Shown here: positions 1-7,918 of the stretch, one piece after another
Position numbering within the stretch: position 1 is the stretch's first letter
How the letters are laid out: the number at the start of each line of letters is the position of its first letter
Source: Campylobacterota bacterium
GTDB taxonomy: Bacteria > Campylobacterota > Campylobacteria > Campylobacterales > JAJVLF01
Assembly (NCBI GenBank): GCA_029255845.1
Contig: JAJVLF010000014.1
Location: 1-51,361, forward strand
Direction of reading: 5' to 3'
DNA length: 51,361 nucleotides
The notes under the pieces: generated by a model
Seen by the model: only the letters and a program-made list of their open reading frames with translations
Databases searched by the model: none
What the model was told of the DNA's origin: nothing
Made by a program: the position numbers and the translations under genes

Positions 1-13
1 ACAGGCTATACCA

Positions 14-111
14 GACCCTAAATTTTATTTGTATTTTTTTGATGTTGTATCATTTTTTTGGTGTATTTTCAACGCCTGACCCTTAAATTAAATTCATAAT
101 AAAAGGGTCAG
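14..111. repeat. Three copies of GACCCT(T)AAATT: direct at 14-24 and 78-89, inverted at 103-111. Positions 76-84 and 103-111 form a 9-bp hairpin (CTGACCCTT / AAGGGTCAG, 18-nt loop).
   Basis: Read directly from the sequence. It lies beside the IS110-like remnant. Function unknown. Confidence 0.6.
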
Positions 112-245
112 TTGCCACCTTAAACTTCCCTTAAATCTAGCCTAAATTTATCTAAATTTAAAATATCTCCCTTAAGAAAACTACTAAAAACAAGCATAAA
201 TATACCCATATTTAAAATAATCCACCAATTAATAGTCTAATACAT

Positions 246-734
246 TTAAGCAGATAATCCTATTTCTTTTTTTCTATTTCTCTTATTTTTACTCCTTATA
301 TTTTGTTTATCTTCTTTTTCTACATCATTTTTTTGCTCAACTTTTTTCTCAATTTGTTGCTCAACTTTATTATGACAAATAGTATCTATTTTATTATTGT
401 TATTATCTGTATTATCATTATTATCTTCTACAACATCTAGACTATCACTTTCTTTTGTTTCTATCCCACAATCAGTCATATACCTATCTTCACTATACTC
501 TACTTCTTGTTTATACAAAGAAAAAGCAACAACAATAAGTTTTCTCATTACAGCCACTTGAGCTAGAGTAGTATGCTTACCATTATCTTTTAATCTTTCA
601 TAAAATACTTTCATTTTATCATTATGTCTAATAGCTACCATAGCAATGACACAAGGTCTAATTTTACCCACTTCATCCCCTTTGTTAGGATTTAAATTAA
701 TGCCTACTATATCTTTTCTCTTATATTTCATCAC
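246..734 (-). pseudogene. Mosaic ORF: PemK/MazF-like toxin N-terminus fused to an IS110-family transposase C-terminal fragment and a low-complexity tail
   Basis: aa 1-31 (KRKDIVGINLNPNKGDEVGKIRPCVIA) resemble the start of PemK/MazF toxins. aa ~32-85 (VAIRHNDKMKVFYERLKDNGKHTTLAQVAVMRKLIVVAFSLYK) resemble the extreme C-terminus of IS110-family transposases. The last ~80 aa are N/D/E/K low complexity. Neither catalytic core is present. Confidence 0.55.
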
Positions 735-754
735 GAATATCTATTTCTAAAAAA

Positions 755-958
755 TCAATATCTTAATGTTCCTTTAAGTTTAGATATTTTTTCTTGCCTC
801 TCTATTTTTTTAAGAATGTCAGATATCATATTTTCATACTTGTTTGATATAAAATAACCTATATCTTGATGTTTTCTTTTATCAACAATCTTATATGCAC
901 TATTTTCTTTTAATATGCTAGGTTTAGTGTGTATATCTGTTATGCCATATTCTATCAT
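755..958 (-). CDS. Small antitoxin-sized protein (67 aa), putative orphan antitoxin
   Basis: Sits 20 nt upstream of the toxin-like fragment on the same strand, the typical antitoxin-first layout. No specific family recognised by eye. Confidence 0.35.
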   Translation of the reverse strand: MIEYGITDIHTKPSILKENSAYKIVDKRKHQDIGYFISNKYENMISDILKKIERQEKISKLKGTLRY

Positions 959-1128
959 TATTAATATCCTGTATTTATATATGATGTATTATATATGTGA
1001 TTTGATATCTTTTTAAGCTAAAACTAAGGTATATAATCTCATTTTAATATTAACTAAAGGTAAATCTTATCTATATTTAAGTTACTGCAAAGTTTATATT
1101 AAGCCTATATAAAGCTACTCTAAAGCTA

Positions 1129-1168
1129 TTTTTAATTTTTTTTTAATTTTTTTTTAATTTTTTTTTAA
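1129..1168 (+). repeat. T5AA followed by three perfect T9AA units (11-bp period) upstream of the flagellin gene
   Basis: T runs at 1136-1144, 1147-1155 and 1158-1166, each followed by AA. The block ends 2 nt before TAAACGAT (1171-1178). Confidence 0.9.
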
Positions 1169-1237
1169 GTTAAACGATTTACTATTTGAGCAACGAAAAG
1201 GAACTCGAAAAAAATTTAACGATAAAAGGAATTATCC

Positions 1238-2833
1238 ATGAGCTTTACACTAGCAACAAATGTAGCAGCATTAAATGCACAAACTAACACGGCTATTACT
1301 CAAAGGGGTCTTAGGAACTCTTTGGAGAAACTTAGCTCAGGCTATAAAATCAATAAGGCAGCAGATGATGCATCTGGTATGGCGATTGCGGATTCTTTAA
1401 GATCTCAAGAAAAATCATTAGGTCAGGCGGTTAGAAATGCAAACGATGCAATAGGAATCATCCAAATAGCAGATAAAGCTATGGATGAACAAATAAAAAT
1501 ACTTGATACCATCAAGGTAAAAGCGGTTCAAGCAGCACAAGATGGTCAAACATTCACATCAAGATCTGCCCTCCAAGCAGATATCTCAAGATTAATGGAA
1601 GAGCTTGATAATATATCAGCTACAACCACATATAACGGTAAATCTCTTCTTGCTGGTGGATTTTCAAATGCTGAATTTCAGATAGGTGCTTATTCTCATA
1701 CGACTGTTAAGGCATCTATAGGACCAACATCTTCTGATAAAATAGGTCAAACTAGATTTGAAACTGGGAAAAATATAAAAGAAGGAGCTGAAACTACCCT
1801 TGTTTTTAAAGCAGTTAATGGAAAAGATGATGTTACATTAGAATCAGTAATTATCTCCCATAGTGTAGGAACAGGATTAGGAGCTTTAACAGAAGTAATT
1901 AATAAAAATTCTAATGAATTGCAAGTTAGAGCTTCTTGGACTGTAGAATCTACAGGCTCAAAGCCAATAGATGGTGGAAAAACAGGAGAAGCAAAGAAAA
2001 AAATAGAGGACTTAATTATAAATGGTATACGTCTTGGAAGCATTAATGACGTCAAGCCAAATGATTCGGATGGTAAAATAGTGGCATCTATTAATAATTT
2101 AACTGATCAAACAGGAGTCAAAGCTAGTACAGATGCTAGAGGTCATTTACAGTTGAATAGTGTTGATGGTAGAGGTATTCAGATTAAGGCTAAAGCTGGA
2201 TTTGAGCTACTTGGTATAGATGGAGGGGATAATAAAACCCATACTAATTATGGAAGATTAACATTAACTAGAAATGGTGCTAGAGATATTGTTGTCGAAG
2301 AAGCAGGAGCAACAGAAAACTACAAAGGAATAGCACAAAAAATTGGTTTTGGTAAATTAGTAGGAGATGAGGATGGCAGAGCTGCTGAAACTATAATAAA
2401 CCTAAGATCAGCTAAAGGCTCTTTAGATAAAGACCAAGCATCAGCTATAGGGGCACATACAAATATTAACTCTCTTTTATATAAGCAAACAAGAGTTGAG
2501 ATTACAGGTGAATCAAGGTCCACTGGCTTACCAGCAGGTGTTACCACAAATAATGGGGCACAAGTAGTTATGGATATAGCAGATACTGCTATTAGAAATC
2601 TTAATAAAGTTAGATCAGATTTAGGTTCGGTTCAAATAGAGCTAGAAGCGACAGTAAATAGCATTTCTGTTACTAGAACAAATATAAAATTTGCTGAATC
2701 ACAAATAAGAGATACAGACTTTGCTACTGAAACTAGCAATTTTAAAAGAGGTAATATATTAGCACAAGCTGGAAGTTTTGCCATAGTGCAAGCTAGCACA
2801 TTGCAACAAAATGTCCAAAGATTATTGCAATAA
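1238..2833 (+). CDS. Flagellin (FlaA/FlaB family, 531 aa)
   Basis: Conserved N-terminal D0/D1 region (NVAALNAQ...LSSGYKINKAADDASGMAIADSLRSQ...IKILDTIKVKAVQAAQDGQT) and C-terminal region (IRDTDFATETSNFKRGNILAQAGSFAIVQAS). RBS AAAGGA lies upstream of the ATG. Confidence 0.95.
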   Translation: MSFTLATNVAALNAQTNTAITQRGLRNSLEKLSSGYKINKAADDASGMAIADSLRSQEKSLGQAVRNANDAIGIIQIADKAMDEQIKILDTIKVKAVQAAQDGQTFTSRSALQADISRLMEELDNISATTTYNGKSLLAGGFSNAEFQIGAYSHTTVKASIGPTSSDKIGQTRFETGKNIKEGAETTLVFKAVNGKDDVTLESVIISHSVGTGLGALTEVINKNSNELQVRASWTVESTGSKPIDGGKTGEAKKKIEDLIINGIRLGSINDVKPNDSDGKIVASINNLTDQTGVKASTDARGHLQLNSVDGRGIQIKAKAGFELLGIDGGDNKTHTNYGRLTLTRNGARDIVVEEAGATENYKGIAQKIGFGKLVGDEDGRAAETIINLRSAKGSLDKDQASAIGAHTNINSLLYKQTRVEITGESRSTGLPAGVTTNNGAQVVMDIADTAIRNLNKVRSDLGSVQIELEATVNSISVTRTNIKFAESQIRDTDFATETSNFKRGNILAQAGSFAIVQASTLQQNVQRLLQ

Positions 2834-2844
2834 TACAATCTTTC

Positions 2845-2877
2845 ATCATCAAGAAATATCACTTATTTCTTGATGAT
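2845..2877. terminator. Perfect 14-bp stem / 5-nt loop hairpin between convergent flagellin and apbE
   Basis: ATCATCAAGAAATA (2845-2858) pairs with TATTTCTTGATGAT (2864-2877). Located 12 nt after the flagellin stop. U-tracts are weak on both sides. Confidence 0.55.
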
Positions 2878-2890
2878 AATTTCTAATTAA

Positions 2891-3907
2891 TTATAGGTTC
2901 CCTATAGTAGTAATAGAAGTAAAACTATTATTGTCTTCTCTTTTTATTAAATAAACATCAATATCTTTTAAATTATTCACTATCTTCATACTTTCTTTTT
3001 CACTCATAAGCATAAAAGCTGTCGCTAGGGCATCTGCAAACATAGTGCTTTTTGCTATAACTGATACACTTACTATATTTGTTTTAATTTTTTCTTTGCT
3101 TTTTGGATTAATTATATGTCCGTATTTTTCATTTTCTATTTGGATATAATTTCTATAATTTCCACTTGTTGCTATTGCTTTATCTTGTAATTCTATAGAA
3201 GTAAATACTTTATTTTTAATATCTGTTAAATCAGGAGAATGTATGCCAACTCTCCATTTTTCATCATTATGCTTAATCCCTCGGACATATATTTCCCCAC
3301 CTATTTCCACAAAATATGATTTTATTCCATTTATATTTAATATCTTGCTTATTTCATCTACTCCATAGCCCTTGGCTATAGAAGATAAATCTATTTTCAT
3401 TTTAGGATTTTCTTTATATATGATATTTGGAGATTTTATTTTTATCTTTGAAAAATCAACCAAACTTAAGGCATTATCTATCTCATCCTCACTAGGCTCT
3501 TTTCTAGCATTTTTATCTTTCTCAAAACCCCATAATATAATCAAAGGATAAATACTCCCATCCCACAAACCATCCGTTATCTTATGTATTTTTTTTGCTT
3601 CCACTATCACTTGAAAAAAATCACTAGATACTTTAAACTCTTTACTTGAATTAAATTCATTAAATAGAGATATTTCACTATCATTTATATAAGTAGACAT
3701 AGACTGATTAATCGCTTTCAATCTATTCTTTATAGTTAAATGGATATTTTCTTCATCTTTATACCTAGGAATATATGCCTTAATAGAATAAGTAGTCCCC
3801 ATAGTCTCCCCACTCATATACACAGGAGTATCTTGCATATACCAGTATATAATAACAGGAGTAAAAAATAAAATTAACTTTAAATACCTAATCAATATCA
3901 CAGACAT
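2891..3907 (-). CDS. apbE: FAD:protein FMN transferase (ApbE family), membrane/lipid anchored
   Basis: N-terminal hydrophobic segment, MGTTYSIKAY and ATSGNYRNY motifs typical of ApbE, 338 aa. Confidence 0.85.
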   Translation of the reverse strand: MSVILIRYLKLILFFTPVIIYWYMQDTPVYMSGETMGTTYSIKAYIPRYKDEENIHLTIKNRLKAINQSMSTYINDSEISLFNEFNSSKEFKVSSDFFQVIVEAKKIHKITDGLWDGSIYPLIILWGFEKDKNARKEPSEDEIDNALSLVDFSKIKIKSPNIIYKENPKMKIDLSSIAKGYGVDEISKILNINGIKSYFVEIGGEIYVRGIKHNDEKWRVGIHSPDLTDIKNKVFTSIELQDKAIATSGNYRNYIQIENEKYGHIINPKSKEKIKTNIVSVSVIAKSTMFADALATAFMLMSEKESMKIVNNLKDIDVYLIKREDNNSFTSITTIGNL

Positions 3908-3908
3908 C

Positions 3909-3983
3909 CTAGCACCTTTTTATAAATTAGGGAATCTCTATTTATTTTGAATTAATAGAGGTTCTATACTTTATCCGTGCTAG
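3909..3983. repeat. Nested inverted repeat: outer CTAGCAC/GTGCTAG (3909-3915 / 3977-3983), inner GAATCTCTATT/AATAGAGGTTC (3932-3942 / 3954-3964). The inner right arm carries the dispersed TAGAGGTTC core.
   Basis: Pairing counted by hand: inner stem is 11 bp with one G-T pair and an 11-nt loop. Confidence 0.6.
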
Positions 3984-4185
3984 TTTATAATATATGACAC
4001 TCTAATGTCAAGATTACATAAAGTTTTCTAGCAATTCTAACCCAAAAAACAAATTCACCAAAATTCATCAACAAACATAAAAGTATTTCAAAAAGCCTTC
4101 TCTATATAGCTTCTAGTGAAGCGACTACCATCAAACATCATATAATATATACAACAAATACAACACATAGAAGGATTATAACAAT

Positions 4186-4543
4186 ATGAAACAATTAAAT
4201 ATTTTTGATTTCTTAAAAGAATCATTAATTAACAATATATCAAATATAGAAGATACTAGAAAGCAGAGATCAAATTTAGTGTATAGCTTACAAGATATAG
4301 TATTATCTGCCTTTAGTATATTTTATTTCCAAAATAAATCATGGCTATTTTGCAAGCTGAGACAGATAAAAAAATAGAAAGAAGTAGTGATGTATTAAAT
4401 AAAGAACTGCAAAAAACTATGGATACACAAAAATAAAAAATAAAAAAACAAAAGAGTTAAAAGAAATGATATTTGGCATAGGCACTGATATTGAGTGGGA
4501 GTCATTAGATTATCATTTAAATATAGGAAATATGTCGAAATAA
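4186..4543 (+). mobile_element. Internally deleted DDE (IS4-superfamily-like) transposase remnant
   Basis: The 63-aa ORF (IEDTRKQRSNLVYSLQDIVLSAFSIFYFQNKSWL) resembles the N-terminus of a DDE transposase family. A 25-codon ORF at 4466-4543 (..DIEWESLDYHLNIGN..) resembles the C-terminal GYHLEHNFGHG region of the same family. Everything between is missing or out of frame. Confidence 0.45.
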
Positions 4544-4636
4544 TCAACTCAAAAGGTAGCTTAATTTTATAAAGCCGATATATTTAAAAAAAATATTATA
4601 TAATAGTAGAATTATCGTATTAACTAAAGGAACAAA

Positions 4637-4834
4637 ATGAAAAAATTATTAATATCTATGGCTGTTATTGCTTTTTTAGTAGCTTGTGGGGGAAGTGGTG
4701 ACTCAGGTGGTAATGCAAATAATCCTCCATCAAATAATGGCAATCAAAATGAAGCTAAAAATGGGAAAGACTCTTGTATAAATCCTGTAGCAGATGATGG
4801 CTCATCACCAGCACCATTGCCTGGTTGTAAATAA
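4637..4834 (+). CDS. Small secreted lipoprotein (65 aa), G/N/S-rich with two further Cys
   Basis: Signal peptide with canonical lipobox LVAC. RBS AAAGGA lies 6-8 nt upstream. Confidence 0.7.
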   Translation: MKKLLISMAVIAFLVACGGSGDSGGNANNPPSNNGNQNEAKNGKDSCINPVADDGSSPAPLPGCK

Positions 4835-4896
4835 ATATAATAGTATATAAAAAATATTAAAGTATTTATATAATTCTGATTTGCCCTATTCTAATA

Positions 4897-4938
4897 TTTA
4901 GAGGCTCTCTTTATCATCATTAAGTCTTGGCTTAATGA
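4897..4938 (+). repeat. Dispersed intergenic repeat, long copy (TTTAGAGGCTCTCTTTATCATCATTAAGTCTTGGCTTAATGA) containing a 9-bp hairpin (4916-4924 / 4931-4939)
   Basis: 34 of 42 positions identical, without gaps, to the reverse complement of 12840-12881. Confidence 0.8.
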
Positions 4939-5116
4939 TAGATTGTGAGAAAAAAGATTCAGACACATTAATCACTTTACTGATAATTTTATACCAATTC
5001 CTGTTCTCTGTAGCCTACATTATTTTTTATAATTCTATAAAACCCCTAAATAAATAATCTATAAAATACCTTTCTGTTAAATATTTATTTAAGTTTAAAA
5101 TGACATAATTTATCTA

Positions 5117-5133
5117 TGGATAAAAATTATCCA
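5117..5133. promoter_or_regulatory. Perfect 7-3-7 palindrome TGGATAA-AAA-TTATCCA, 42 nt upstream of the katA ATG; candidate Fur/PerR-type operator
   Basis: The palindrome is read directly. Half-sites resemble the GATAAT/ATTATC Fur-family core. katA is peroxide/iron regulated in related bacteria. Confidence 0.4.
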
Positions 5134-5174
5134 ATACAAAATTTAATCCAATAGGATTTATAAAGGAAATAGAT

Positions 5175-6602
5175 ATGAAAACTATCACAACAACAGCGGG
5201 TCAGCCAGTAAGTAATCATCAGGATTCTCTTACTATCGGTAAAAATGGGGCCATCTTAATGCAAGATTATGTATTGATGGAAAAATTAGCTCATCAAAAT
5301 AGAGAAAGAATACCAGAAAGAACTATGCATGCGAAAGGAAGTGGAGCGCATGGAACTCTTACTATTACAAAGGATATTACAAAATATACAAAGGCAGATA
5401 TATTTAGTGAGGTAGGTAAAGAGACTCCTATGTTTTTAAGATTTTCTACAGTGGCGGGAGAAAGAGGAGCTGCAGATGCTGAGCGAGATGTGAGAGGTTT
5501 TGCTATGAAATTTTATACGAAGCAAGGAAATTGGGATTTGGTCGGTAATAACACTCCTATATTTTTTGTAGCTGACCCATATAAATTTCCAGATTTTGCA
5601 CATACTCAAAAAAGAGACCCTAAAACTAATATGAGAAGTCCTACTGCTATGTGGGATTTTTGGTCTTTAACTCCTGAGAGTATTCATCAAATTACTATTT
5701 TATTTTCTGATAGAGGATTGCCTATTAGTTATCGTCATATGCATGGGTTTGGCTCACATACATATAGTTTAATCAATAAAGATGGCAAAAGAGTTTGGGT
5801 GAAATTTCACTTTATTACCAAACAAGGTATAAAGAATATGACAAATGAAGAAGGGAATAAAATTATAGCAAATGATAGAGAAAGCTCTCAAAAAGATTTA
5901 TATAATGCCATAGAAAATGAAGATTATCCAAAATGGGATATGAAAATACAAGTTATGAATGAAAGTGAAGCTGATAATCACAAAGATAATCCATTTGATT
6001 TAACTAAAGTTTGGTCTAAAAAAAAGTATCCACTTATAGATGTAGGGACATTTGAGCTTAATAAAAATCCAAATAATTATCATAATGAAGTAGAGCAATC
6101 TACATTTTCTCCATCTAATATAGTGCCAGGAATTGGGCTATCTCCTGATAGAATGCTACAAGCTAGAGGGTTTGCTTACCCTGATGCTCATAGATATAGA
6201 GTCGGAACACATCATGAAATGCTTCCTATTAATAAGCCTCTTGTGGAAGTTAATACTTATCACAAGGATGGCTCTATGAATTTTGAGGATATAAATAAAG
6301 AAGTTGATATTTCTTATGAGCCAAATAGTTTTGGTGGAGCTAAAGAAGATTCTAGTTTTGCAGAGCCACCATTGCAAGTGGATGGCAAAATAGATAGATA
6401 CGATAGAAGCGAAGGAAATGATTATTTTTATCAAGCAAGAGATTTATTTAATTTAATGAGTAGCTATCAAAAAGAGCAATTATATTCTAATATAGCAGGA
6501 GCTATGGATGATGTCCCTCAAAATATCATAGATAAACAATTAGCACTTTTTGAAAAAGTTAGCTCTCAGTATGCTGATGGTGTGCGAAAAGCTTTATTAT
6601 GA
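5175..6602 (+). CDS. katA: Monofunctional heme catalase (small-subunit clade, 475 aa)
   Basis: Catalase signatures [44 protein letters not shown] and [12 protein letters not shown]-like ([14 protein letters not shown]). Confidence 0.97.
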   Translation: MKTITTTAGQPVSNHQDSLTIGKNGAILMQDYVLMEKLAHQNRERIPERTMHAKGSGAHGTLTITKDITKYTKADIFSEVGKETPMFLRFSTVAGERGAADAERDVRGFAMKFYTKQGNWDLVGNNTPIFFVADPYKFPDFAHTQKRDPKTNMRSPTAMWDFWSLTPESIHQITILFSDRGLPISYRHMHGFGSHTYSLINKDGKRVWVKFHFITKQGIKNMTNEEGNKIIANDRESSQKDLYNAIENEDYPKWDMKIQVMNESEADNHKDNPFDLTKVWSKKKYPLIDVGTFELNKNPNNYHNEVEQSTFSPSNIVPGIGLSPDRMLQARGFAYPDAHRYRVGTHHEMLPINKPLVEVNTYHKDGSMNFEDINKEVDISYEPNSFGGAKEDSSFAEPPLQVDGKIDRYDRSEGNDYFYQARDLFNLMSSYQKEQLYSNIAGAMDDVPQNIIDKQLALFEKVSSQYADGVRKALL

Positions 6603-7081
6603 GTAAGGTAAATATAACAAATCAAGAAGAAGAAAGATATGTGGAGCTACAAAATATGGCACTAGACTTCGCAAGAACTGGATATACTGATGAATTGGAA
6701 AAAATGATAAAGCACAAGATGAGTGTTAATCTTAAAACCCTAAAAGATGATAGCTTAATTATGCTAGCTTCTTATAATGGGAATATAGAGACTGTTAAAA
6801 TGCTAATTAATCATAAAGCAGATATAAATGCAGTAAATCAAAGAGGGCAAACTCCACTAGAGGGAGTTTGCTTTAAGGGGAATTTACAAATTGCTCAACT
6901 TTTAATTAATAGTGGTGCGAAAATTAATAGTAAATCTTTAATGTATGCTTCTATTTTTGGAAATAAAGATGTGTTTGATTATTTACAATCAATAAAGAAA
7001 AAGAAAAAGTCAAATATTTTTTTTAGCTTACTGGTGCTAGCCACTACTCTTGTGAGGAAAATTGTGAAAAAATATAAATAG
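6599..7081 (+). CDS. Ankyrin-repeat protein with C-terminal hydrophobic tail, catalase-associated
   Basis: ATGA start/stop overlap with katA. Ankyrin repeats are present ([53 protein letters not shown]). Same position as the C. jejuni Cj1386 ankyrin gene. The tail [28 protein letters not shown] looks like a membrane anchor. Confidence 0.8.
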   Translation: MSKVNITNQEEERYVELQNMALDFARTGYTDELEKMIKHKMSVNLKTLKDDSLIMLASYNGNIETVKMLINHKADINAVNQRGQTPLEGVCFKGNLQIAQLLINSGAKINSKSLMYASIFGNKDVFDYLQSIKKKKKSNIFFSLLVLATTLVRKIVKKYK

Positions 7082-7252
7082 TTAAAACTGTAATTAAATA
7101 AGCTTCAGTATAATATATAGGTATTCTTTTCAAGAATAAAAAGATGTTTATTATTCTAAATTATAAATAACAACTTGCATTCTTCTTTGGATTGCGAGTG
7201 TCTCTTATTTTATGATGATTAATAATTTTAATTAATTTAAAGGAAAAAAATA

Positions 7253-7804
7253 ATGAAAAAAGTGTTTACTTTAGTGTTGCTTTTAACAACTATGTCTTTC
7301 TCGTATGATATTAAGCCATCAGATATATCATTTTCTTGGACAGGATTTAAGAATGATGAAAAAATTGGTGTTAGTGGGGTTTTTGATAAAGTAAAATATA
7401 CTATGTCAAAAAAAAGCTCTGCTAAAACATTAAAAAAAGCTCTTACTGGAACTAAAGCTTCAATAAGTGCAAAAAGTGTTAATATTGGGAATAATGCAAT
7501 AAAATATGGAAATGTTTATGGAAATTTCTTAAAACTTATGAAAAGCGATACAATAGAAGCGAGTATTTATAAATTAATGGAAGGGAAAAATATAGGAACT
7601 ATAAGTCTGAAAATAAAAATGAACAATAGAGTTAATCTTATTCCTATGAAATACATCGTAAAAAATAATACATTAGAGGCTATAGGCACAATGGATGTAT
7701 TAGATTTTGCATTATCTAAACAGCATAAGATATTTTCAAAAAACAAATTTCATGGAAATTTAAGTTGGACACAAGTAGATTTAAAATTAAATATTAAACT
7801 TTAG
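7253..7804 (+). CDS. Exported YceI-like (polyisoprenoid-binding-like) protein
   Basis: Signal peptide. The N-terminal Y-x-I...S-x-I-x-F...G-V-x-G-x-F pattern is typical of YceI domains. About 180 aa. Confidence 0.5.
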   Translation: MKKVFTLVLLLTTMSFSYDIKPSDISFSWTGFKNDEKIGVSGVFDKVKYTMSKKSSAKTLKKALTGTKASISAKSVNIGNNAIKYGNVYGNFLKLMKSDTIEASIYKLMEGKNIGTISLKIKMNNRVNLIPMKYIVKNNTLEAIGTMDVLDFALSKQHKIFSKNKFHGNLSWTQVDLKLNIKL

Positions 7805-7836
7805 AATCAAGAGATAAGCTTTATTTATAATTCTCT

Positions 7837-7863
7837 CATTACATCTCTGTATGAGGTGTAATG
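7837..7863. terminator. 11-bp stem / 5-nt loop hairpin between convergent yceI-like gene and uvrC
   Basis: CATTACATCTC pairs with GAGGTGTAATG (one G-T pair). No clear U-tract on either strand. Confidence 0.35.
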
Positions 7864-7918
7864 AACACTGAAATGTCCAAATAATTACAAAAATGTAAAT
7901 TATTAAAAATTCGCTAAA

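Noticed and set aside
1-40. The reverse complement of the window start (GGGTCTGGTATAGCCTGT...) superficially resembles the 5' acceptor/D-arm of a tRNA running off the window edge.
   Set aside because: No register gives both U8 and the D-loop GG, and only ~20 nt are available. It cannot be supported.
1171-1225. Sigma28 (TAAA...CGAT) or sigma54 (GGAAC at 1200-1204) promoter for the flagellin gene.
   Set aside because: TAAA at 1171 is directly followed by CGAT (no spacer) and is 19 nt from CGAA at 1194. CGATAA at 1220 is too close to the ATG to leave room for the RBS. GG at 1200-1201 has no GC 10 nt downstream. No canonical spacing was found, so no promoter type is called.
1747-2862. Antisense ORFs inside the flagellin gene (1747..2055, 2320..2547, 2632..2862).
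   Set aside because: They are fully embedded antisense to a strongly supported CDS and have no RBS or recognisable product.
4466-4543. The MIFGIGTDI... start resembles the holo-ACP synthase (AcpS) N-terminal motif.
   Set aside because: The ORF is only 25 codons long, and the rest (EWESLDYHLNIGN) fits a transposase C-terminal remnant better. The context is a decayed IS.
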